DNA of 64,000 bases from NCBI RefSeq assembly GCF_006345805.1, contig NC_043000.1:70618001-70682000 (forward strand), read 5' to 3'. The notes under the pieces were generated by a model. That model made no database searches and had not been told where the DNA came from. It saw only the letters and a list, made by a program, of their open reading frames with translations. Of the stretch, positions 52,491 through 64,000 are shown piece by piece. Position numbers and translations under genes: made by a program. The stretch is from Octopus sinensis. Lineage: Eukaryota. The stretch's first letter is position 1, and each line of letters opens with the position of its first letter.

Positions 52491-52503
52491 AGCCATAAAT
52501 ATG
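52491..52503 (+). CDS. Candidate 13-nt microexon of the plus-strand gene
   Basis: cctttcttcctctaacag|AGCCATAAATATG|gtaaag, 87 nt after the previous donor. Splice signals only. Confidence 0.25.
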
Positions 52504-53883
52504 GTAAAGTTTAGTTTCTTTGGAAAGTAGTTTAAACAGAAAATTATTCTAATTAAAGCTCATTGGTTCCAGTTCTTTAAGATAGTTGAAACCATAAAAA
52601 TCTGAGTGTCAATTTTTTAATGTTAATTTTTTAAGTACATGCATTTGTGCATGTCCACATTTAACATGAAATGTATCTCTACTAGTATAGCAGTGTATAT
52701 CAGATAGAATATTTAAAAATACATGTTTTCCTCCCTAGTAGTCATACTTTTACAAGGGAAGCAATCATTTTTTCTTAATATTTGGCAGGATTAGAAATTT
52801 TAAATGAAAATTAATATGAAGATAAGAAAATAAATACATTGAATTCCAACGTTTTTTTTACTTGTTACATGAAGTCCTTAAAATTTGTAGTTAGCTGTAA
52901 TCATTTATAGTACTATTTCATTCTTTTTAGAAATCAGCAGCATAACATAACCAATAGCTTATTAAACTTATGAAGTGATACACTTCATGAAAGATGGAAA
53001 TAATTATAATCTGGAAGAAATTCATGGAGTATTTTTTTCCCTTTCATTTTCATCATTGGGCATTAGTTGTTTAACAATTGAGAAAAAGTTCTTAGTGTTT
53101 ACAAACAAGATAACCCAATAATTTCAGTTTTAATTACAAACAAGTTCACAAGCTGTTTCTAATATATTCTTTGAGAAGTAGATATTGGCTTGAAGCTGCT
53201 ATTTCATAGTATTAATCCTTTGTTATGTAATGGAGCAATGGATTTTTTCAAAAATCACAGCAAATTTTAAAATAAATTGCTATATTAATTTTCTTAGACT
53301 GTTTAATTTTAAATGAATATTATAATGAGAGATTAAATAGAGGTAATTTGTAAAGACCCAGTGCTCTACTATTGGTGTACAAATAAGTTTCAGTACTAAA
53401 TAAATTGAGTTAACTATTAACTTCTTGTACAACACAGTGTGCTACATTGGACTACATTGAGCAACAAGTCCTGAAATACATGGTATCACAAGAATTGTAC
53501 AAATCTTGCTTACATTCATTTCAAAGGAAGTGAGGAACTCTCTAATACTGAGGTTCAAAAAATACCTGACCTCTTCTGTCATTTCATTTGTTCTGTAACA
53601 GATACATTACAGGACTGAACTTCTCACCTAGAAAATATTCAAGTCTAAACATGCTGAATATTAAAAAATATAGGTATTTTGATTTATATATGCTGCTGCT
53701 CTGCATTTTGAAAAAAAAAATTTTTTACATTTTTCATGAAAACTATCCACTTTGTCTGCTATTTGGATACTGATTTCAAATCTGTATTGAGAATTTGCTT
53801 CTCAAAAGTGCATTTTTTATTTTTTTGCAATACAATGAATATGAAATGTATACATTAGTAGAACAGAAGTTATAGTTATATTA

Positions 53884-56295
53884 TAGCCCAGTTAATTAGA
53901 GAGAGAGTTAGCTTAGATGATATGCAGTTTGGGTTCGTGCCAGGGAAAAGTACTACTGATGCCATATTCCTGGTAAGACAGCTGCAGGAGAAATACCTAG
54001 CCAAAGGTAAGCCCTTGTACCTGGCTTTTGTTGACTTGGAGAAAGCCTTTGACAGGGTCCCCCGATCCCTTATCTGGTGGTCAATGAGGAAACTAGGGAT
54101 AGATGAATGGTTAGTGAGAGCTGTGCGAGCCATGTACAGAGACGCTGCTAGTAAGGTGAGGGTTGGCAACGAGTACAGTGAAGAATTCCGGGTAGAGGTT
54201 GGGGTCCACCAAGGTTCAGTCCTCAGCTCCCTCCTATTTATCATAGTCCTCCAGGCAATAACGGAAGAATTTAAGACAGGATGCCCCTGGGAGCTCCTCT
54301 ATGCTGATGACCTTGCTCTAATTGCTGAGTCACTATCAGAACTGGAGGAGAAGTTTCAGGTGTGGAAACAAGGATTAGAATCGAAGGGCCTTAGAATCAA
54401 CCTAGCCAAAACCAAAGTCCTAATAAGTAGGACCACAAACGACTTCAGGTAGATGGCCCTGCTCGATCTGTAAAAAAGGTGTAGGTAGAAACTCTATAAG
54501 GTGCACCAAGTGTAAGCTATGGACACATAAGAGGTGCAGCAATGTCAAAGGTAGGCTAACTGGGAATATAGTTTTCGTATGTGGCAGATGCTCAGGAGAA
54601 ATAAACACTGGAAATGTGCAGAGACCAACTTCTACCACGTTCCAGGGAGACAAACTAGAAGTAGTTGATAGCTTCCGCTACCTAGGAGACCAAGTCAGTA
54701 GCGGGGGTGGGTGTGCTGAAAGTGTAACTGCTAGAGTAAGAATAGCCTGGGCAAAGTTTAGAGAGCTCTTACACCTGCTGGTGACAAAAGGCCTTTCGCT
54801 CAGAGTAAAAGGCAGACTTTATGATGCATGTGTACGTACAGCCATGCTACATGGTAGTGAAACATGGGCCGTGACTGCTGAGGATATGCGTAAGCTCGCA
54901 AGAAATGAAGCCAGTATGCTCCGATGGATGTGTAATGTCAGTGTTCATAATCGTCAGAGTGTAAGTACCTTGAGAGAAAAGTTGAACCTAAGAAGCGTCA
55001 GTTGTGGTGTGCAAGAGAGACGGCTGCGCTGGTATGGTCATATGACGAGAATGGCTGAAGATAGTTGTGTGCAAAAGTGCTACACCCTAGCAGTTGAGGG
55101 AACCTGTGGAAGAGGTAGACCCAGGAAAACCTGGAACGAAGTGGTGAAGCACGACCTACGAACTTTAGGTCTCACCAAGGAAATGACTAGAGACCGAGAC
55201 CTATGGAAGTATGCTGCGCGTGAGAAGACCCGGCAAGACTAGTCAGGCCATAACCCGTGGCCCCTACCTGGGACGTAGTCAGTCCACCTGTGCATACCTT
55301 CCTTCTTGTGACACTTGTGAAGAACTGTTGAGGCAAGTGAAAATCAAACAAAATCAAAATAGATGAACATCAATGGAATTTGTATCTTTGTGGTACCAGT
55401 GCCGGTGGCACACAAGAAAACCATCCGAACGTGGCCGTAGCCAGTACCGCACCGACTGGCCTCCATGCTGTGGGCACGTAACAATCACCATCCAATCGTG
55501 GCCGATCGCCAGCCTAATCTGGCTCCTGTGTCGGTGGCACATAAAAAACACCATCCGAGCGTGGTCGTTTGCTAGCCTTGTCTGGCACCTGTGTCGGTGG
55601 CACATAAAAACACCATCCAATTAGAGCAAGGTCATCAGCATAGAGGAGCTCCCAGGGGCATCCTGTCTTAAATTCTTCCGGTGGCACATAAAAAACACCA
55701 TCCGAGCGTGGTCGTTTGCTAGCCTTGTCTGGCACCTGTGTCGGTGGCACATAAAAACACCATCCAAGCGTGGCCGTTCGCCAGCCTCGTCTGGCACCTG
55801 TGTCGGTGGCACATAAAAAAACACCATCCGAGCGTGGTCGTCTGCTAGCCTTCTCTGGCACCTGTGCCGGTGGCACATAAAAACACCATCCGAGCGTGGC
55901 CGTTCGCCAGCCTCGTCTGGCACCTGTGTCGGTAGCACATAAAAACACCATCCGAGCGTGGTCGTTTGCTAGCCTTGTCTGGCACCTGTGTCGGTGGCAC
56001 ATAAAAACACCATCCGAGCGTGGCCATTCGCCAGCTTCGTCTGGCACCTGTGTCGGTGGCACATAAAAACACCATCCAAGCGTGGCCGTTCGCCAGCCTC
56101 GTCTGGCACCTGTGTCGGTGGCACATAAAATCACCCACTACACTCTCGGAGTGGTTGGCGTTAGGAAGGGCATCCAGCTGTAGAAACACTGCCAGATCTG
56201 ACTGGCCTGGTGCAGCCTTCGGGCTCCCCAGACCCCAGTTGAACCGTCCAACCCATGCTAGCATGGAAAGCGGACGTTAAATGATGATGATGATG
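53884..56295 (+). mobile_element. Youngest 5'-truncated RTE LINE (PHD-containing family), copy 4
   Basis: ORFs 53922-54452 (QFGFVPGKSTTDAIF, GVHQGSVLS, YADDL, GLRINLAKTKV) and about 54442-55242 (PHD, LEVVDSFRYLGD, RRLRWYGH, RGRPRKTW), separated by one frameshift. 3' UTR has a tandem array and a (GAT)n tail. Confidence 0.95.
55530..56117 (+). repeat. 62-64 bp tandem array in the LINE 3' UTR
   Basis: About 9 units of GTGGCACATAAAAACACCATCCGAGCGTGG(T/C)CGTT(T/C)GC(T/C)AGCCT(T/C)GTCTGGCACCTGTGTCG. Confidence 0.92.
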
Positions 56296-56816
56296 AATTA
56301 GCAGTTAGTATAGTCATCTTAGCTGTTTAGGTAGGTGTGTGTGTATATATATATATATATATTAAGGTATGTAGAAAAATACAACATGGACAAGAACGTA
56401 TAACTCATAGAAGACGATACAATAAACATGGACAGGACATTCGAACCCCTCAGTCTTCAGTCAAGAACCGGATCATCGTAGTAATTTCGGCTGATTAATC
56501 TTGATTAATCTATATATATATATATAAATAATGCATAATTATTGTAACTATTCTTCCGTAGTTTTTATGTCTTAGTGGAAATGCTTTGTTCCTCATTAAG
56601 AATTTGCTGGAAAATAATCTAAGTGGCTATATTGGAAATGCACTTTAATACTCACGTTACAATCTATCTTTTGGAAGGAAAAAAATAACTTTTTTGCCAG
56701 TTCATAATTTTTGAATTTTTTGTTGTCCTAAATATTTTTACTACTTCTGTGAATGCTATCAAGGCATTTTCTCAACTGGCTTAAGTAAATTTATAAATAA
56801 CTTTTTTTCATTTTTC

Positions 56817-56976
56817 GTTGGCGTTAGGAAGGGAGTTGGCATTAGGAAGGGCATCCAGCTGTAGAAACACTGCCAGATCAGACTGGGCCTGGCGCAGCCT
56901 ACTGGCTTCCCAGACCACAGTTGAACCGTCCAACCCATGCTAGCATGGAAAACGGATGTTAAACGATGATGATGAT
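56817..56976 (+). mobile_element. RTE LINE extreme 3' tail
   Basis: GTTGGC(G/A)TTAGGAAGGG duplicated at the 5' junction, then the conserved tail and (GAT)n. Confidence 0.8.
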
Positions 56977-57779
56977 TAACTTAAACTCATCAAAGATATG
57001 TGCATGAAGTGCTAGAAGCAAGATGTTTTTTAGTTTTACTGGAGGTTACCATGATGTACTTCCCAACATTCAAATTTCTTTTTGACTATCTCTTTCTCAC
57101 CTATTTTGAATATTATATAACTGTACCCCAAAATAAAAGTCATGGAAAATTGGTATACCTACTTTATTGACCAAGCAGTACACAAATTACTTTCAAATTT
57201 TCACATATCTTCCAATTCTGTTTGAAGCATTTGAGCTTTTTTCAATACTGCTTTTGTAGTTTCATAACTTTCTTTTAGGCATACAAAGTGGCCAATCAGT
57301 ATTGAAGCTCAAGAAATCATACTTCAAAATGGTCTTTGAATTGTCAGTGATGAGCACCATTTTCTTTCTACATATTGACATCCCTTTCATTTAAGAAACC
57401 TTTAATGTCATAACAGTAAGCAATGTTATCTTTTATACTCTGTTGCATTAAAACTAAATTGTTTCCAAAGCCAGCCAGTTATTCTTATTCTGCCTGGATT
57501 TCAGTAATTCTTGTGAAACTTGGAAGATCTGATGCATGTACTTAATCATTTAATTCAGATTGCATGAAGAATTTAGGCACCTTTATATTAGCAGATTGCA
57601 GCTCTGTAAGATATAGGTCTTATAGCAGAGGGCTAATTTAGATAATCTCTCTTCAAGTTAGTTTAGACGTTATGTCCAGAAATAACAACCATACATAAAT
57701 AACATAAATTCTTACTAGTTCTCTCTAGACCATTGGCACACCAGTGCTCATTCTCTTTCTTTCACTTTTGGTCCATTGC

Positions 57780-58140
57780 CTTAGATTTATGGTGCAAATT
57801 CAGTTATGTCTTGTTCTCCAGTTTCAGAATATGTGAAATATACTCTTCTAACAGAATCTGTTACAAATTGCTGCTGCTTTGCTGTTGCAAAGAATCTACA
57901 ACTATAACAGAAGATATACAGGCTGTATTTGCATTTCATATACTGACTTCATATGCCCAGCCATAATAGATTACAAGTTTATAGTAATGAATAACAACTT
58001 AGAAATACTGTAGAAATACATTGGACATTCAGTACCTGAATACTGAAATAAATAAGAAGCCAAATGCTATGAAAATCAACTAAGAAAGATACATTTCAAA
58101 TTGTTCTCCCAATCCTCATAACCTTTCAAAGCTTACAAAA
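57780..58140 (-). mobile_element. Chapaev-like (CMC) DNA transposon fragment A
   Basis: Colinear homology with 63570-63960; minus-strand KCKYSLYIFCYSC...VRRVYFTY..GEQD...AP resembles the Cys-rich transposase N-terminus. Superfamily assignment is from memory. Confidence 0.5.
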
Positions 58141-60926
58141 TTCATAAAGAGCTTATCCAATCCTGTAACCTTTTAGAAGATATAGACTATCCTTCCTAAA
58201 AATACCATTTATAACTAATGTTTGATAAATAAATTACTATCTCTAATATTTCAATCTGATTCATAGGGAGGAATAAGAAATTTTTCTTATATATAGCTTA
58301 CAATTCTATTTTAAAACTATTTCCAAAAATTGCCTACAAACTAATTTCTGCTTTTTGAAATTTTGTTACTTATGAATACAATATGATACAAAATTTCTTT
58401 TCCATTTCCAGACCACTAGGTTGGGACTCATCAATAAAGAATCTCCCCCTAGGAAATTTGTCAATTTCATTTATCTTTATATTTCAGACAGTAATTTCTA
58501 AAGGGTTCAACAACAAATCTCCACTTTCTGACAATCCTGACCACATTTTGAAGGAATAAGACACTATACGGCTCATCTAGTTATGTATCTGAATTTCCAG
58601 CTAATCAACACTATCATCCAGATTTGTACACCTGTCATAATCATTATCAAAGATATTTCAAAGAAATTTACATTTTGTCAATAAAACGATGTCTTTTCAA
58701 TTAACTTCCACCATTGTTTCTTCTTGTTTTCATTCTCTTCTGTGCAAAACTACTTTTAAATTGTTTTTATGTGTATACAATGTACAAAATATTACAGAGA
58801 TAGTTTAGCTTTTGATTTTAGTGTCATGTTTCTGCTTGAGTTATTTTTACAGTGTCACTACAGTTTTATTGTGCTTTTTGCATGGAACTTTTATAACATT
58901 TTCATATCATTTTTCATATAACTTAGAAGCAGGTTAAACTCTTTCTATATAAAGAACTAGTTATAGTTGACGCTGCAATGTTTGGTTTACAAATTGTTAG
59001 AGTAATATATTTGTTGAAAATATAAAACTACATTGATACCTGCTTAATTTCATAATTGTCAAGTTAATTGCACCATATCACTGAGCTAATAATGAAGTAT
59101 ACCACTAATGCCACTAAGAATCCTATGTTAACTACAAGAATAGAATGTTTCCTTTAAATGTAATTAACTGCTCCTAATATACATTTTTAGAGTAACTGGG
59201 ATTGCTCATATATTAAAAATATTTTCTTTTATGACATAATTCTCTGTACCTTAATTTTTCATTGATAAAACTTTTGCATTTCTCACAAGATTCACACAGA
59301 TTTGCAGTTTCGTTTTCCTATTTTTTGTCGAAACCTTTATTCATGAAATCCCACTCCCCACACACACTCAATATGCTCTTTTTTCTTCTGGATTTATTCA
59401 ATTCACATTATTTCTGTCATTAACAATAAATATACTCAATATTTCAATGAGACGAATATAAATTTAAATAATTTTGTTAGTTAATTTTAAGAATTAAAAT
59501 GTTTTATTCCTTTATTCTTAATGTTTTTATACAACCTACATTTAAAAACCAGACCAGGAACCACAAGTATTTACTGTAAATTGAAATTCAGTTAATGTGA
59601 AAACTAGCTTCATATTGTGTAACATATTTTCTAAAATATTAAGATATGAAAGTTTCCGTTTGAAATAGTTTACATGTTATATAGGTTTAAGAAGATATGT
59701 AAACTAATATTTTATTTTATGTTTATAATTTTTATTACTTGGGATTGTATGTCAGTGCTGTTTCATCTCTCAAAACACTAACCATTTATATAAACCTGAT
59801 AGAATGCTTTTCCTTTACATATAATCTTTATCAAAAGTAAAGCCAAGCAGTTTTTTATGTAGATATCAACAAAAATCATAGACAGGAATAAGTTGAAAGA
59901 TTTGACACTTAATTTATAAATCATAGTAAAATTACAAAGTAGATTACTAAAATACTTTATATAAAAGTATCTGTTCTGAGAAAATCAGCTGTGATTTGTT
60001 ACTGTGAAAAACTTGTCGAGTTGATCAACAAAAGTACCAACATTTTGATTTCTTACTGGTTTCTAGTTAACTCCTATTGTTTAGAGGTAATGCTTCAATG
60101 TTTACCCAATATGTACATAGTGCTCCCAAACATGAACTTGCAAATTTTCAAATAATTGTTTTCAAAAATTTTAATTCTTAAAAGATTTAATAAAAACTTT
60201 GTTGGTGGAGGGGTGAGGGAGTCCCATTCTCTCAAATTTGTAAGTATATTAAACATTAAATTATGGGTAACTGAATGTAGCTTCAGAAAATATAAATTGT
60301 ACATTTGTTTGTGATATCATATATTTATAGCAAGTGAATTGCATATCCTTATGTAACTACAAAATACTTCCGCTTTATGTACTATTTGGTATAAAATGAG
60401 CTAATGTTGAAATCTTGTTTATGTACCTAATTATGAACAATAGACATTAAACTATGGGTAACTGAATATAGCTTTAGAAAATAAATATAAATAGTAAGAG
60501 TTCAGGCAGACTTTCCCTTTCTCACACATTTGTACATCAATGCCATCTTTGATTTTTAAAAATATCTGTATACTTAAAAATTTGTTTATATATGATGGTG
60601 CTTTTATCTTAACTGTTATCTTAGACATAGTCTGACCCATGCAAGTATGGAAAAGTGGACATTAAATTATGATGATGGGAAACAAGTTGTTGAGTTCAAA
60701 CTAGAAGACAAATATTTTAATTTTCTCATATCGTTTTATCAATTTGAAATGTGAAAATATTGGCAATGATAATCTTAGAATATTAAATTCCTGGCAATAA
60801 TCATCTTGGACTTTTGCCATTATTTCTACCTTGACATTTCTAATTATGTTTGTTCAGTTTCTAAGTCAATGCAACATTTAACTTGTACTTTTTTGTTACA
60901 AATGAAATTTTTGTTATTTTTTTCAG

Positions 60927-60999
60927 ATGTTGCATCGTGGAAGATCTCGAACTGAAGCCCTTGACACATGTCCACCATGTGATCTGGATCAATGATTAA
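60927..60999 (+). CDS. Probable terminal coding exon of the unidentified plus-strand gene
   Basis: Strong acceptor (ttgttattttttttcag); frame A|CCIVEDLELKPLTHVHHVIWIND*; GC-richer than the flanks. Linkage to 46914-47041 is inferred from strand and position only. Confidence 0.6.
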
Positions 61000-63319
61000 A
61001 TCAAATTTCTTTTCAAGAATCTCAAACATTTCAAATCCGTCTTTACACGCTGCTGATTTATTATATTACTCCTGTATGTGGTTATTGCTTACAGCCATAG
61101 AAGGATGTCGTAGAAAGCATTAAGAACAGCTTGAAGTCTGCTGGGAAGTTTTTATACTAAATTGGAATTTTTTGGATTTTTGCACTGTTGCTCTTAATGC
61201 TTTTTCATTTTATCCCTCCATTAACATTATGAGATATATCTCACCAAACATAACTAAAATAAATCCAGAAGCAGGTATATTTAGGGCAATTATACTTTTT
61301 GCGTGCACACACATACACATACACACAGTTTACATAAGCATAATTGCTTTTGAACTTTATTTTCTGTGTAAAGCAAAGTGATATTTAACAGTCTTATGGG
61401 CTTTAAATTTGAAGTTGTTGGTGCTCCCTATTTTTCACAGTTTATAGATTTACTATTGGTTGTGCCTAATATAAACTGACCCTTCTTAATACTCTAAATT
61501 GTCTAAAAAAAAATTAATTTTGAGGTTGAAGAATGTTTTAAAATTTTATTTTTTTATAAATCTTATTTTTAAAATGTCTTTTATTGCATTAAATTTCCTT
61601 TTTCAAATATCCAAATTTTAAAAGAAAAAAATCCTAAGTGGTTTAATATTAATACTCTCTCCATTTTATATTTCTATTTAACAGCATTTAAAACAATTTT
61701 TCATTTTTATCTCACAATAACTGATGCTTGGGTGTTTTATCAATGGGTGTTTTTAATTCCCAACTGATATATTTATTGGTAGTTTGCTCATAAATTTCAG
61801 AGAATTTTTGTTGTACGGTTTAAATTGATTTTAACATGTTTGAGAATTTATTGAGTTATCTTGATTTCTATGGATAACTATTTGTTGATAAGTAAATATA
61901 TAAAAAAGAGGAAATCAAATAGGCATTTATTGCCTAATGTAATGTTACTCTGGGGATTAGGACATATGCTCAATATTTCTATGCATTTACATGTGTGGGT
62001 TAAAGAAAATGTAAAACTAACTTTCATTAAATTTTCAAATGATCAGTTTTGACATAACTTGTATATCATATTTTTAATTAAAAATTTTCAATGGATTATA
62101 ATTATAAATAAAGGTAATATTGTTATAAATGAATTAGTTTACTTGGATTAAAGGTGATATCATTTTGAGAATTAGCTTCAATCTTAAAATTATTTTTCTA
62201 AAAATGTTTAACCTTTTTGTTACCATATTTATACTGAAATACAATGTTGTTTCAATTAATTTTAGAAGTAATGAAGAATTTAATAAAATAATTTTGTTTT
62301 TAAGATGATGTTTAGAACATAAATTGACATGAAATTTTGATGAAAGCTTTTAATTTAGATTTCTTTAAAACAGGAAGTTTGCATCATTGAATCAGAGACC
62401 ATTTTGTGTGGGTTAGTATCAGAACAGTTAAATATTTTTAAAATTATCGAATTCTTAAAAAATCATTCTTTCATTTTTTTCCCATTAGTTTTTTTTTTTT
62501 TTTTTTTTGTGTGTGTCTTGCCATGATTTTGAATAGCCAATATACAGGGTTAGACAGCTAAACAGATTGTTTTCAAAATATTATCTTTTATGAGTATTGT
62601 GAATTAAGAGCTAATATTTTGCATATGACTGGTCTTAGATTACACCTTTGATAGTACTGTTTTTTCGGTGGGGGAGGGGTATTTTTGCTTTATGTTATAG
62701 ATTGTACTAGAGTTATTGGAATCACTAGGCTGCATTTTGGAAGGTTTCTGTCTTATCTAATCTTGGGGAACTGATTTCAAAACTCTTTCTTAGAATTTGC
62801 ATCATGTCATTTTTTTTCTTCAGAAATTTATTTTCAAATACTAGCAACTTAGTACTTATGAAATGCATCATCTGTATGGTATATTTAGTATACTGTATGG
62901 TATATTTAGTATAATTAGTTTACTTTATGTGAAGATTTAGCAATTTACACTTACATTTATGTAATAAATTGTTTATTTTAATGAAAATTAGATATAGTTT
63001 GATTCATATTGACATCTCGCTTCATTTAGCAAACCTTTAGCATTATAGCAGTAAACTGTTATCATCCATACTAAAGAAGTGCAAGAAATCCTTTTTTCTT
63101 TGTTGATAAAAACTAAATTGTGTTCCCAGAGCTAGCAGTTTTATTTTGATTCAGTGTAAGTCCCAGTAATTCTTCTGAGATCTTTAGAAGATGTAAACCA
63201 TGCATTGTTTGTTAATTCAGGTTGAGTGAAGAACTTAGGCATCTTTATATTTACAGATTGCAGGTAAGTTTCAGTGCTTCCTGCCAATGTGCAGCACTAA
63301 GATTCATTGATGACAGACT

Positions 63320-63960
63320 TATTGAATACAGAAACAGATACTTCGACACAAAATGGTACTTGTCTTGTGAATGAAGGCAATCTGTCTTTGAATTAGTCTT
63401 GGAGTTATTTCCTGGGTTATCAACCATACATAAATAGTGATCATTAAAGTGGTTTCTTTGTTCCTTCTAAACCATTCATTGGTACACCAAAGCTCATTGT
63501 CTTCCTTATGCTTTTGGTCCATTACTTCAGATTTACAACACCAGTTTGTCTGGTTGAGTGAGGATCTCATGGTTTGTCTTGGATACCCAATTTCACTCTG
63601 AAATATATGAAATATGCTCTCCTAACAAAGAGCATATTTGTAACAAGTTGATGATTTTTTCTGTGGGAAAAGACTCACAAATCTGACAAGATATCCAAGC
63701 TGTGTTTCCACTTACTATACCCACTAGTATTATCCATATTTTACAAGTTTAGCATAATAATGACAGACAGCCTTGAAATACAGTATAAAACTAATTTTCA
63801 TTGAAAGTGAGTACTTGAAGATATAAGCAACAAATGCTGGAATAAGTAAGACACATAGCTTCAAGCATAGATCATTGTATACAAATTAGCCTGGAAAAAT
63901 CTAACAAAGACATTTCAAAATGTTTTTTCCACTCTCATAATCTTTCAAAGTTTACAGACT
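63320..63960 (-). mobile_element. Chapaev-like (CMC) DNA transposon fragment B
   Basis: Minus-strand FVRRAYFIYFRVKLGIQDKP*DPH...WTK..RKTMSFGVPM matches the KAY..YF..KLGDQDK.WAPH...FGVPMVWREP motif I associate with Chapaev3-type transposases. Confidence 0.6.
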
Positions 63961-64000
63961 ATTCTTCATTAGTAGGAGTTTGTTTACATTATAATCTTTT

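Noticed and set aside
55530-56117. CRISPR-like array
   Set aside because: Contiguous tandem units without unique spacers, inside a eukaryotic LINE 3' UTR; no cas genes.
63221-63263. 43-nt plus-strand exon candidate (LSEELRHLYIYRLQ|gtaagt)
   Set aside because: Lies downstream of the inferred stop, next to a transposon fragment; only splice-signal support, no recognisable homology.

Overview
AT-rich, repeat-dense eukaryotic genomic DNA, most likely from an octopus (inferred from repeat families I recognise; not proven). It carries two intron-rich genes pointing away from a 100-N assembly gap (34742-34841). (1) On the minus strand is a KDM7/PHF8/PHF2-family PHD+JmjC histone demethylase. Nine coding exons (34501 down to 18972) splice in frame with GT-AG boundaries and an intact HxD...H iron-binding triad. 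The first coding exon and the expected C-terminal exons were not found. (2) On the plus strand is a gene I cannot name, with an internal exon at 46914-47041, a probable terminal exon at 60927-60999 and candidate microexons near 52.4 kb. The rest is transposon-derived: RTE-clade LINEs, tRNA-derived SINEs, Penelope-like elements, Helitrons, mariner, hAT and Chapaev-like DNA transposons, a miniature LTR element, a CR1/L2-type fragment and long TG/TA microsatellites. The microsatellites generate the long His/Thr/Tyr and Cys/Val/Met ORFs, which are artefacts. The most unusual observations are: a complete C4HC3 PHD-type finger inserted between RT subdomains 6 and 7 of an RTE LINE family (4 copies); a perfect 63-bp inverted copy of the YADD-coding segment inside that element's 3' tandem array; candidate stop-containing or terminal exons that would give a PHD+JmjC-only KDM7; a fold-back mariner made of two 5' ends; and a 1.07-kb LTR mini-element. 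No CRISPR array, rRNA or true tRNA gene is supported.
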